DNA of 64,000 bases from an uncultured Bacillota bacterium (GTDB lineage Bacteria; Bacillota; Clostridia; Christensenellales; UBA1242): the NCBI GenBank assembly GCA_946499835.1, contig CAMMTJ010000001.1:80879-144878 (forward strand), given 5' to 3'. The notes beneath the pieces were generated by a model, which was given only the letters and a program-made list of their open reading frames with translations, did no database searches and was not told the DNA's origin. The number at the start of each line of letters is the position of its first letter. The stretch's first letter is position 1. Below, one piece after another: positions 37,814-46,728 of this stretch. Made by a program: the position numbers and the translations under genes.

Positions 37814-39232
37814 TTATGAAAAGTTGTCTGGCAAGTCATTTTCAAAAAGCACAACACAGCCTGATGTTGTCAACTTTGCAAGAAGGGAGCGTTGTTCTTT
37901 TCGATTGTTTGCAAAAAATATTTTCTTTTTGTCAAAATTATGTGAGATTGCGCCTGATAAAAGATAATTTTTGTTTGTTTCATTCATTATGATGATATAA
38001 TCGGCAACATCTGCTATCTTTGCCCCCAGTTTGAAGTTTGCCTCAGAGCCTTCCCTCCCAAGTTCAACAAAGCCAGGCGTAACCACAATCTTTTGTCCAT
38101 CAAATGATGACAACACTTTGAGTGCCTCTTCTGCGCCGATTATGTTGGAGTTGTAACTATCATCCAAAATGACCACCTTGCCACTTCGCATAAGTTCAAG
38201 CCTGTGAGAAGTTGGTTCGAGATGTTTGATTGCCGAGCGAATATCTTCCATGCTTATTCCCAAAAGATAAGCAAGAGCAGAAGCAGTCACAATATTGTTG
38301 ATGTTTATCTGTCCAAGCAGTTTTGTTGAGACTTTGATTTGGTGAGAGTCTATAATAAGAAAGAAGGTTGAGCCATCGGCATTTATTTTGACATCTTTTG
38401 CATAGGCATACCCTTTCTCATCACACGTCAAATATTTTTCTTTGGGACATATGCTAAAAAGTTTTTTTGTGGAAGGGCTGTCACCATTGAAAACAATTAT
38501 TCCGTCCTCTTTCACTCCTTCAACAAGTTCATATTTGGTGTTTTCAATGTTTTTTAGCGAACCAAAAGTTTCAAGATGTTGGGCTCCGATTGTGGTGACA
38601 ATCGCATAGTCAGGTTTGACAAACTTTGCAATTTTTTCAATATCTCCTTTCTTTCTTGCTCCCATTTCAGCAATAAAGACATCTTCATCATCAAGTTTTT
38701 GCAGTATCGTTTTTGTCACTCCCATATCGGTGTTATAATTTTGTGGCGTCACACAAACTTTATACTGCTTTTCAAGAATTTGTGCCAAGATGTTTTTTGT
38801 CGAGGTTTTTCCATAACTTCCAGTTATGCCAATTTTTATACAATCTTTTTTTGCAAGGCGTTTGCCAGCCTTTTTTATATAAAAACTTTTGATTGCAATT
38901 TCAACCGGCAAAAGTAAGATATGCACAAGACAAACGATGACTGGCGTGAAAAGATATATAAGAGTGCAGTCGAGAATTTTGAGAAAAATGGAAAAAACAA
39001 AATTGTTGATAAGATAGAAAAATAAATAACAAAGCCCCACATAAACTATCAAAAAACGCCACATACGCTTTGTGAAGACAAGTTTGTTTTTATCGCCAAA
39101 AGCGAGTTTGAATTCCAAACTTTTTGAAAAGAATTTCACGATGTTATAACCGCAAAGTTGATAAGTTTTGAAATAAATATACGCCCAGCATATCATTATA
39201 AGCACACATGTGAGTGCATACACATGACTCAT
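37814..39232 (-). CDS. murF: MurF-family Mur ligase with a membrane-spanning N-terminal region
   Basis: GITGSYGKTSTK P-loop, DDSYNSN, HRLE. The first ~130 aa form 3 hydrophobic helices in place of the usual soluble N-domain. Start ATG 39232 forms an ATGA overlap with the upstream hydrolase stop. Confidence 0.8.
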   Translation of the reverse strand: MSHVYALTCVLIMICWAYIYFKTYQLCGYNIVKFFSKSLEFKLAFGDKNKLVFTKRMWRFLIVYVGLCYLFFYLINNFVFSIFLKILDCTLIYLFTPVIVCLVHILLLPVEIAIKSFYIKKAGKRLAKKDCIKIGITGSYGKTSTKNILAQILEKQYKVCVTPQNYNTDMGVTKTILQKLDDEDVFIAEMGARKKGDIEKIAKFVKPDYAIVTTIGAQHLETFGSLKNIENTKYELVEGVKEDGIIVFNGDSPSTKKLFSICPKEKYLTCDEKGYAYAKDVKINADGSTFFLIIDSHQIKVSTKLLGQININNIVTASALAYLLGISMEDIRSAIKHLEPTSHRLELMRSGKVVILDDSYNSNIIGAEEALKVLSSFDGQKIVVTPGFVELGREGSEANFKLGAKIADVADYIIIMNETNKNYLLSGAISHNFDKKKIFFANNRKEQRSLLAKLTTSGCVVLFENDLPDNFS

Positions 39233-39957
39233 TTTAACCCCTCCCAAAACAAACTTACCTCTCTTGCAAAAACAAGAGGGCTATCCAAAAAAGAAAAGTG
39301 ACCAGCATTTGGCAAAATGCACATATGCGAATTTTTGATAAGTTTATGAAATCTTTTTGCCATATATGGTGGCGTATCTTTGTCTTTTTGACCAAAAATA
39401 ATCTTTGTCGGACATTCAATAAGTGGACAATATTCATCAAGCATTTGCCCAACCACTTCAACAAAGACCTTCTTCATTTCGTCATCCAATTTTTGATAAT
39501 CAGAGGATCCATATCCTTGCACATTTAAGTGGAGTTTTTTTCGCAATTTGTATGACCAGACCTTTCTATAATATGAAAGTCCTCGTTTCGGTTTAAGCCC
39601 TGCGCTGTCGCATAAAACACAGGAAGAAACCTTTTGAGGACACAGGGCACAAAACAAAATTGCCACACGCCCACCGAAAGAGTGCGCCACTATGTCACAT
39701 TTATCTATTTTCAGATGCTCACATAAACTTATCACCATGCTTGCATATGTGAATATATTCCATCCGTTTGGAGTGCAATTTGTTTTGCCAAATGGTGGAA
39801 AATCAATCATAAGAAAACTTTTTTGCGGAAAATGTTTGATAAACTCATCAAATATTGTGCAATCACATCCCCAACCATGCAACAGCAAAACTGGGCGAAA
39901 AGATTTGCCTCCAACAAATTTATAAAACACCTTTACGCCTTGATAAGAAAAAGTCAT
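39229..39957 (-). CDS. Alpha/beta hydrolase
   Basis: HGWG oxyanion motif and nucleophile elbow AHSFGG, 242 aa. Confidence 0.8.
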   Translation of the reverse strand: MTFSYQGVKVFYKFVGGKSFRPVLLLHGWGCDCTIFDEFIKHFPQKSFLMIDFPPFGKTNCTPNGWNIFTYASMVISLCEHLKIDKCDIVAHSFGGRVAILFCALCPQKVSSCVLCDSAGLKPKRGLSYYRKVWSYKLRKKLHLNVQGYGSSDYQKLDDEMKKVFVEVVGQMLDEYCPLIECPTKIIFGQKDKDTPPYMAKRFHKLIKNSHMCILPNAGHFSFLDSPLVFAREVSLFWEGLK

Positions 39958-40117
39958 ATTCCTTTTTATGATTTGACAAAGAAAAAAGTTTGAGAAAAAA
40001 ATGAGAAAAGATAAAAATTGCTTAAAATGCTTAAAAATATTTGTTTTTTTCTTAAAAAAATAGTATTATATTTTTAACCAGAAATGGTAAAAAACAATAA
40101 AAGGAAGGTATACAGAC

Positions 40118-40384
40118 TTGAAAATTACAGACGTTAGAGTGAGAATGGTCACAAAAGAGGACACAAAGTTGAAGGCAGTTGCTTCAATCACAATCGATGA
40201 ATGCTTCGTTGTTCACGACATCAAAATTATTTCTGGCAGAGAAGGCCTTTTCATTCAAATGCCAAACAGAAAAACACCTGAGGGAGAATACAAAGATATC
40301 GTTCACCCAATCAACACAGAAACTCGTGAAATGATCAAAAACGCAATCATGGCTGAATACGAAAAAGCATCAGTTGAAGCGTAG
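40118..40384 (+). CDS. spoVG: Septation protein SpoVG
   Basis: (TTG)[10 protein letters not shown]...[27 protein letters not shown] upstream. Confidence 0.93.
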   Translation: MKITDVRVRMVTKEDTKLKAVASITIDECFVVHDIKIISGREGLFIQMPNRKTPEGEYKDIVHPINTETREMIKNAIMAEYEKASVEA

Positions 40385-40513
40385 AAAATAAAAACATAGT
40401 CAAAGTTCGACTATGTTCTTGAAATTACTAGTTTTTAGTGGCAAGATATTTGTATTTTTGAATACAAAAGCGTTTTTTGGTGACCTTTCGCAAATTGCGA
40501 AAGGTTTTTTATT

Positions 40514-41911
40514 TTACATCAATTTGCTTCCATCATCAGTCTTGATAACTTTCAAAATATTCTCTTCTTCGCCAGTCTTTGCGTTGAAATAGAAATAATA
40601 TACGTCCTCTCCTCTCTCACATTCAAACTCCCAGCAAAGCACTTCTCGGTTATATTCAAGTGGCACAAGTGCAAGCCTTGAAAGAGTGATTTCAAAGCCT
40701 GATGGCACACCTTTTTGTGCGCTCTCTTTTGAAAAGAGGACAGCACCTAAATTTCTTTCAGTGTGGTTTGTGAAATAAGTTGTTCCGTCATAGCCAACTA
40801 CCGTCCCACTTGTGAGATCCACTTTGACCTTCACAAGATCAGGATAAATGACCACCCCATTTTCAACTGGTGCAATGTTGAAATATGTTTGATCATAAAT
40901 TGTGTCCGTCCAAACGACTTCCCCTTCTTCAATACCATTTGACTTTGCAAAGTCAAGGGCAATCTTTTTGGCTTGATCATAATTTACCTCCACTTCTCTG
41001 TCGCTGTTGCCGGCACCACTGACAGTCAAAATATGCCCGCCAATCTTGGTGACTTGAATATACAAATTCTCATCGTCAGAATTGGTTGCTCTGAAATTGA
41101 AAGTTTCAAATCTTCCGCTTGTCTGATTCTCAAATTCAACTGATGAAAGATTTTTGAAAGAAGAGTTTATTCTTTCAAGAGCCTCATCTTGATTTATATT
41201 TGCCCCGCTCAAACCTTTGATCTGGGCACTGACAACTGAATCAGAAAATGGGCCATCATAGATCATTGTTGGATAATCTACATCCACATCGTGCATTTTT
41301 TCAAGTTCCTGCGTCAGCATATTCATATCGCCATCAAAATCAAGACTTTCATCCATGAGATTGTAGCCATTTTCCATTTTTCTTGAAAGAGTGTTGAGTT
41401 CTTGTTTCATTTGCACGATATTTTGATGAATATCTGCAAGTGTGTCCATTTCACTTTCAGTCAAAGTGCCGCCAGTAGAAAGTTTTTCTGCCAAAGTTGA
41501 GGTATAACCTGAAATTTGATTGACCATTTTGACAGTTTCTTGAATGTCGCTTTGAGAAAGAGGAAGTGAGGAAATATATCCCTGTGCCTCATTGGTGTTT
41601 TTTGAAACTTCCAAAAGCATTTTTTTCTGATATGCCGATCCGTCAGAGGATAAAACTTTTGCCAGTTTTGTTTCTGTGTTATTGACACTGTCCACAAGTT
41701 CATACATGCTCTTTTGATATACCGATTCAAGATCACCCCTGTAACTCATTGCCTGTGACTGACTTATCGCCACGCCAACGCCAAGTCCGATTGTGCTCAG
41801 TGCAAGCACGCCTGTTGCGATAGAAAGTCCAATCACCGCTTTATTTTTCTTTTTTACCTCTTTTTTTTCACGTGAGAGGTCTTTTTTCACATCTAAAACA
41901 TCTTTTTTCAT
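40514..41911 (-). CDS. ypeB: Germination protein YpeB
   Basis: N-terminal TM anchor, YpeB N-domain and C-terminal PepSY-like repeats. Immediately downstream of sleB. Confidence 0.85.
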   Translation of the reverse strand: MKKDVLDVKKDLSREKKEVKKKNKAVIGLSIATGVLALSTIGLGVGVAISQSQAMSYRGDLESVYQKSMYELVDSVNNTETKLAKVLSSDGSAYQKKMLLEVSKNTNEAQGYISSLPLSQSDIQETVKMVNQISGYTSTLAEKLSTGGTLTESEMDTLADIHQNIVQMKQELNTLSRKMENGYNLMDESLDFDGDMNMLTQELEKMHDVDVDYPTMIYDGPFSDSVVSAQIKGLSGANINQDEALERINSSFKNLSSVEFENQTSGRFETFNFRATNSDDENLYIQVTKIGGHILTVSGAGNSDREVEVNYDQAKKIALDFAKSNGIEEGEVVWTDTIYDQTYFNIAPVENGVVIYPDLVKVKVDLTSGTVVGYDGTTYFTNHTERNLGAVLFSKESAQKGVPSGFEITLSRLALVPLEYNREVLCWEFECERGEDVYYFYFNAKTGEEENILKVIKTDDGSKLM

Positions 41912-41923
41912 TGATTTTCCTCC

Positions 41924-42610
41924 TTAAATCGCAAAGATATGATTGCCATAAGTTACAACAGTTTTTCTTGAATAAATCCATTTGCTTGTCGAAGTTGAAG
42001 CATTATAGAAATAAAGACAACCATATGTAGGATCCCAGCCATTGAGTGCATCTTGTGCTGCTTTGTAGGCGGTGTCATTTGGCGTTAAGTTGATTTGCCC
42101 ATCACTGACTGATGAAAAGGCATAAGGCTGATAAATCACACCCGCAATGGTATTTGGGAAAGATGCACTTTTCACCCTGTTCAAAATGACAGCAGCAACA
42201 GCCACTTGACCGATATAAGGCTCACCTCTTGCCTCAGCATACACGCAGTGTGCAAGAAGATTGAGATCTGACGAACTTTGTGATGAACTGCTTGAACTTC
42301 CGCTCAGCGTCATGCCAAGTGCAGCCGCCGTTTTAGGGCCAACAATACCATCAACTGAAAGCCCGTTCTTTCTTTGGAAATACTTCACCGCCTCTCTTGT
42401 CTTTGATCCATAAATGCCATCGACACTTCCTGTGTAATATCCCCATCTTTTCAATTTTTGTTGTATAACTTTGTTCTCCGCGGTCGTCGTAGCCATGACA
42501 GAATACTGCACTTCGCTTTGTGGCTTGAAATAATTTGTCAATCCCCCCGCCGTCAAAATTGAAGATATGGCAAGAAAAGCAGAGAGTGCTATCGTAAGTT
42601 TCTTTTTCAT
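41924..42610 (-). CDS. sleB: Spore cortex-lytic enzyme SleB
   Basis: Signal peptide, PG-binding repeat (LKRWGYYTGSVDGIYGSKT...), Hydrolase_2 core (AEARGEPYIGQVAVAAVILNR). Start set at ATG 42610 (SD GGAGGA). Confidence 0.9.
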   Translation of the reverse strand: MKKKLTIALSAFLAISSILTAGGLTNYFKPQSEVQYSVMATTTAENKVIQQKLKRWGYYTGSVDGIYGSKTREAVKYFQRKNGLSVDGIVGPKTAAALGMTLSGSSSSSSQSSSDLNLLAHCVYAEARGEPYIGQVAVAAVILNRVKSASFPNTIAGVIYQPYAFSSVSDGQINLTPNDTAYKAAQDALNGWDPTYGCLYFYNASTSTSKWIYSRKTVVTYGNHIFAI

Positions 42611-42621
42611 TTTATCCTCCA

Positions 42622-43149
42622 TTAACTATTTATTACACTTTTAAGTATTTCCCAAATTCGAGAAATATACACAATATTGTCGAAATTTTTTGTTTCTGTG
42701 AAGCAAAAAGCAGGAAAAACAACGCACCACCAGTTGTTGCCCTCACCACTTCCAAGGTCAACGATAAGTGCATCATAATAGCCTTCGTCAAGCGTTAGAT
42801 TTTGATAAGTCCTTGAAGGAAAATACTCATTGTCTATGCGAGCAGATGACTTGTATGAAAAGCCTTCACTTTTAAGCACGGCATCGGCAACATTTTCGAT
42901 ATAGTCAAAATTTTCAGTCATGACCTTTACAGCCTCGTCTTTGCTCTCCACCTCACTAAGCACAGGTATAAGAGCCTCAACTATGGCATCTTTGACCATA
43001 TATTTGACGCTTTGATCTATTTCTGAATTTGAGTTTGCACGAATATGTATTCTCAGATATTCCACCTCACCGCTTTGTCCACCACCTGCGCACAAGACAA
43101 GAACAATCACAAGAGCAATGGCACAGCAAACTGAAACAATATATTTCAT
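42622..43149 (-). CDS. spoIIR: Stage II sporulation protein R
   Basis: Signal/TM N-terminus followed by LRIHIRANSNSEIDQSVKYMVKDAIV, the SpoIIR hallmark. Confidence 0.85.
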   Translation of the reverse strand: MKYIVSVCCAIALVIVLVLCAGGGQSGEVEYLRIHIRANSNSEIDQSVKYMVKDAIVEALIPVLSEVESKDEAVKVMTENFDYIENVADAVLKSEGFSYKSSARIDNEYFPSRTYQNLTLDEGYYDALIVDLGSGEGNNWWCVVFPAFCFTETKNFDNIVYISRIWEILKSVINS

Positions 43150-43218
43150 AATTTCACCTCACAATCTTTTTTGACCGAAAAAGAGGTTTTAATTAAAAAA
43201 ATAATGTCTTTTTTGATA

Positions 43219-43250
43219 AAAAAAAGAAAAAACAAGCCTTTTTGCTTGTT
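43219..43250 (-). terminator. Terminator after the SipL-like gene
   Basis: AACAAGC-AAAAAG-GCTTGTT followed by a long T-run on the minus strand. Confidence 0.7.
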
Positions 43251-43278
43251 TTTTCTGGTAAAGGAGAAAATTCTTTTG

Positions 43279-44790
43279 TTAAATTTTTTGGTAGAAAAGT
43301 ATAAGCCCTGTGTCTTCCATAAGTGGAAAAACAACATCTGGGTTTTGAGCAACAATTTGCCCTTCTTTGACTTTTGCACTTTTTGCGATATCCCATGCAT
43401 CCTGTCCTTTTTGTGCATAAACAAGCTCCATCGCATATTCTCTTTCTGGATAAGCATCCAAAACAAGTGCTTCACTGATGACGCCTGAAACTTCGTCATA
43501 GCAGTAGTTTACGCAGGCTTTCACTTTGGCATCAAACAAAAGTTCTCTGCCTTTTTTAGCGACCACATCAACATCGCACAAAATCGCATCGACAACAAGA
43601 ATACCATCTGCATTGTCTTGTGAAAACTTATCACTGATGACAAAAGGCACTTCAATTTGCACGCTGTTGAGTGAATTTTCTTCATCATTGAGATAAACAA
43701 CATTTGCCTTGGCAATACCTTCAATGACAACTTCACCGTCTTTGAGATAACTATTGCTTACGCAAAGCGAATTGCCACCGACAAACAAGAGTTTGTCAAT
43801 TCTTGGCTTATCGTCTTCAATTGTCAGCGACCCGTCAATCTTGCCTTCAACGATTTCAGCCTTGCAAGTATGAGTCATATCAAAAGATTCTGTTGTCACT
43901 TTGATATCATTTGCCACACTGTAAAGATCACGAATGACATTGACGCTTGCCTGTTCATATGCCTTGACAGCAAATTCAACAGGGACTGTCAAATTGATTT
44001 TTGCACCTTTGTCACTTTCTTCAACTTGGACTGAAATATTGTCTCTTCGCACAGTGGCATAACCTTCAACAAGGCTGTCTTGATTTGTGCCAGCAAGTTC
44101 AACTTCTTGCTTGAAGGCATCGGTCACATAGGCACTTTCAAATTTATCTTCATCTGTCATATAAAGCACTCGTGAAACAATGTCTCCGCTTACTGAAACA
44201 AAGTTTACTCCTGCCTCAACATCCTTGACAATCACACTGCTCTCTGCCAAGAGAACCTTTTTGACATTGCCTCTTGCAGACAACTGACTTGAAAGCGAAG
44301 CGACTTCTGATGCCTCTCCAACGAATTTGATAACAGAAATTTGCTCATCTTTGAAACAGATGTCATCATCGTTTGCTCTGATTGAAGAAATTTCCTTCTC
44401 GCAAATAATTTCGCCTGATTGCTCCAAATTGATTGAAAGACGCACGCTGTCACCAGAAAATGCTGACACTTCGCAGTCGATGACCTTAACTTTGACAAGT
44501 GCCTTTTGACCTGCTGTGATGTTGTCTCCTTCAAACTTGGAAGAAAAGTTCACATTTTCCTCCGCCTTTTCAGTTTCACCCTCATCAGTCAAATATATGA
44601 CACACATTGTGACAACGCCAGAAAAATTGACTTGCCCTGCAAGCACTTCCATACTTGACACATAAGCATCTGCACAAACTGACAAAATCTTGCTAGGAGA
44701 TGTAAGCGCAACTCCTCCCTCAACAAGAAATTCTCCTCTGTTCAACTTTTCTTTTTTCACAACAGTAAAATTGTTACTTTCAAATGCCAT
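43279..44790 (-). CDS. DUF3794-repeat protein with a LysM-like C-terminus (SipL-like, candidate SpoIVA ligand)
   Basis: Repeated beta-sandwich-like units (e.g. ILSVCADAYVSSMEVLAGQVNFSGVVTMCVIYL). C-terminal YAQKGQDAWDIAKSAKVKEGQIVAQNP resembles LysM. Start set at ATG 44790 (SD GGAGGG). Confidence 0.7.
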   Translation of the reverse strand: MAFESNNFTVVKKEKLNRGEFLVEGGVALTSPSKILSVCADAYVSSMEVLAGQVNFSGVVTMCVIYLTDEGETEKAEENVNFSSKFEGDNITAGQKALVKVKVIDCEVSAFSGDSVRLSINLEQSGEIICEKEISSIRANDDDICFKDEQISVIKFVGEASEVASLSSQLSARGNVKKVLLAESSVIVKDVEAGVNFVSVSGDIVSRVLYMTDEDKFESAYVTDAFKQEVELAGTNQDSLVEGYATVRRDNISVQVEESDKGAKINLTVPVEFAVKAYEQASVNVIRDLYSVANDIKVTTESFDMTHTCKAEIVEGKIDGSLTIEDDKPRIDKLLFVGGNSLCVSNSYLKDGEVVIEGIAKANVVYLNDEENSLNSVQIEVPFVISDKFSQDNADGILVVDAILCDVDVVAKKGRELLFDAKVKACVNYCYDEVSGVISEALVLDAYPEREYAMELVYAQKGQDAWDIAKSAKVKEGQIVAQNPDVVFPLMEDTGLILFYQKI

Positions 44791-44906
44791 TTTCCCCTCC
44801 ATGTTCTACGCTAGTATATTTACTTGGAAAAACTGGAAAGTATGACTAAAATGTATAAAATTTTTTCAAGATGTCAAAAAAAAGATTGCGATTTAAGGAG
44901 AATTTT

Positions 44907-45137
44907 ATGAGAAAAGTTGGAATAGGTCTTGACGAAGTTAAGGCAAAAATATCTGCACTCAAAGGAAACAAGGTGGAAATGAATGTCAATCGTGGACGCA
45001 AAAAGATTGACACGATAAATGGAACGATCAAAGATGTTTATCCAAGCGTGTTCACTGTTTTGACAGACTCGCCAAACAAACAAATACAAACATTTTCCTA
45101 CTTTGATGTTTTGTGCGGAAACGTTGTGATACTATAA
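44907..45137 (+). CDS. veg: Veg family protein
   Basis: LDEVKAKISALKGNKVEMNVNRGRKKI...YPSVFTV pattern. SD AAGGAGA. The track start at 44871 is an extension. Confidence 0.85.
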   Translation: MRKVGIGLDEVKAKISALKGNKVEMNVNRGRKKIDTINGTIKDVYPSVFTVLTDSPNKQIQTFSYFDVLCGNVVIL

Positions 45138-45171
45138 ATATAGCATTTTATATAATAAATATATTAAATAT

Positions 45172-45203
45172 AAATAAAAAAAACGCAAAAATTTGTTTTG
45201 CGT
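45172..45203. terminator. Hairpin terminator between convergent veg and rpe
   Basis: ACGCAAAA-ATTTG-TTTTGCGT. T-run on the minus strand (rpe side), weak on the plus strand. Confidence 0.55.
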
Positions 45204-45213
45204 CTTTATGTTG

Positions 45214-45876
45214 TCAATTTTTTTTCAAACTTTCAATCGCCTTTTTTCTGTCGGTTGCGCCAAACACATAACTTCCACTGACCAAAATATCAACCCCTGC
45301 CTCTCGCAGTCCTTTTGCATTTTCCTCATTGACACCCCCGTCAACTTCTATCTTGAAATTAAGGTTGTTGTCATGCCTAAATTGGGCAATTTGTTTCACT
45401 TTCTCAAAGGTGTCACTGATAAATTTCTGACCGCTTTTTCCAGGCTCAACACTCATAACAAGCAACACATCAATGTTATAACAAAAAAGCCTAATCTCTT
45501 TGAAAGAAGTTTCTGGTTTTATAGAAAGCCCAACAAGAGTTTTCATGCTTTTGACAAGGTTTATTGCCTTGACAAGATCTTCTTTCTTTTTGAATGCCTC
45601 ATAATGAAGTGTGACAATGTTTGCGCCTGCTTTTATGTAGTTTTCTATTGACTGCAATGGCTCATCAACCATGAGGTGAACGTCAAGCATGAGTGCGGTG
45701 TTTTGGTTTAAGTTTTCAACCATTGCCCAGTCATAAGTCTTGCTTTGGACAAATTTGCCATCCATGACATCGCAATGCAAAAGGTCTGCCTTGTCTTGCA
45801 TTTCTTTTGCATATTCAACAATTTCTTCATAACTCTTGATTGGATCTGTTGAAACAGCCACATAGGTGTTTGACAT
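45214..45876 (-). CDS. rpe: Ribulose-phosphate 3-epimerase
   Basis: HCDVMDGKFV and DVHLMV motifs, 220 aa. Confidence 0.93.
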   Translation of the reverse strand: MSNTYVAVSTDPIKSYEEIVEYAKEMQDKADLLHCDVMDGKFVQSKTYDWAMVENLNQNTALMLDVHLMVDEPLQSIENYIKAGANIVTLHYEAFKKKEDLVKAINLVKSMKTLVGLSIKPETSFKEIRLFCYNIDVLLVMSVEPGKSGQKFISDTFEKVKQIAQFRHDNNLNFKIEVDGGVNEENAKGLREAGVDILVSGSYVFGATDRKKAIESLKKN

Positions 45877-45888
45877 TTTTTCTCCTCC

Positions 45889-46728
45889 TTAATATTTTCT
45901 CGATGCAGAAATCTCTGTCAGTATTTTGAGATAATTTTGATAGCGCTCCTGTGAAATACGCCCTTCTTTTACAGCCTCTATTATACCACACTCTTTTTCT
46001 TTTTGATGCAAACAAGAGCGAAATTTGCAATTTTTTTTGTAAGGCAGAAAATCAGGATAATATCCACCAAGTTCTGCCTCTTTGATTTTGGATATAAGTG
46101 GCAAACTTAACATTGAAAATCCAGCAGTATCAGCAATATAACCATTTTTTGTCTTATAAAGTTGAACTGTTCTGGTTGTTTGCTTTCCTCTTGCAATCTT
46201 CTTTGAAAGATCGCCCACAATAGCACTCTTTTCAAGTTTCAAGGCGTTTATCAGAGAAGATTTTCCAACCGCGCTTTGTCCTGCAAATGCACATATGCCA
46301 GAAATTTCTTTTTCCAAAGATTTTGTCTCCTCCTCTCTTGCACAGGTTGTGAGAACTGGCAAAACATTTTTATACAACTTTTTCACTTTACTGGCAAAGT
46401 CGTCAGAGGCCAAATCAGTTTTGTTTATCAAAAGATATGGCTTTATCTTTGACATTTGACAATAGACAATCATCTTGTCCACAAGCAAAAAGTCTGGTTT
46501 TGGAATTGGTGCAATGGTGATAAACATTTTGTCAACATTGGCAAGAGGAGGTCTTATCAAAAGGTTTTTTCTTGGCTCAATATTTTCAATAACTTCATCA
46601 AATTCAACATTATCACCAACAAAAATGCCATCATTTTTCATATTTTTTCTGCTTTTTACTTTTAAAACTCCACTTTCGCTTTGCACAGAAAAAAGGTCTG
46701 CATTTTTTTTGATAACCAGTCCCTTCAT
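45889..46728 (-). CDS. rsgA: Ribosome small subunit-dependent GTPase A
   Basis: OB N-terminus, circularly permuted G domain (NKTDL...GQSAVGKSSLINAL), C-terminal Zn knuckle CKFRSCLHQKEKEC. Confidence 0.9.
   Translation of the reverse strand: MKGLVIKKNADLFSVQSESGVLKVKSRKNMKNDGIFVGDNVEFDEVIENIEPRKNLLIRPPLANVDKMFITIAPIPKPDFLLVDKMIVYCQMSKIKPYLLINKTDLASDDFASKVKKLYKNVLPVLTTCAREEETKSLEKEISGICAFAGQSAVGKSSLINALKLEKSAIVGDLSKKIARGKQTTRTVQLYKTKNGYIADTAGFSMLSLPLISKIKEAELGGYYPDFLPYKKNCKFRSCLHQKEKECGIIEAVKEGRISQERYQNYLKILTEISASRKY

Noticed and set aside
43146-43499. 117-aa Lys-rich ORF (and 43171-43488 +) spanning the spoIIR/SipL-like intergenic region.
   Set aside because: It reads through a terminator hairpin and A/T-runs, overlaps the SipL-like 3' end, and has junk-like composition.
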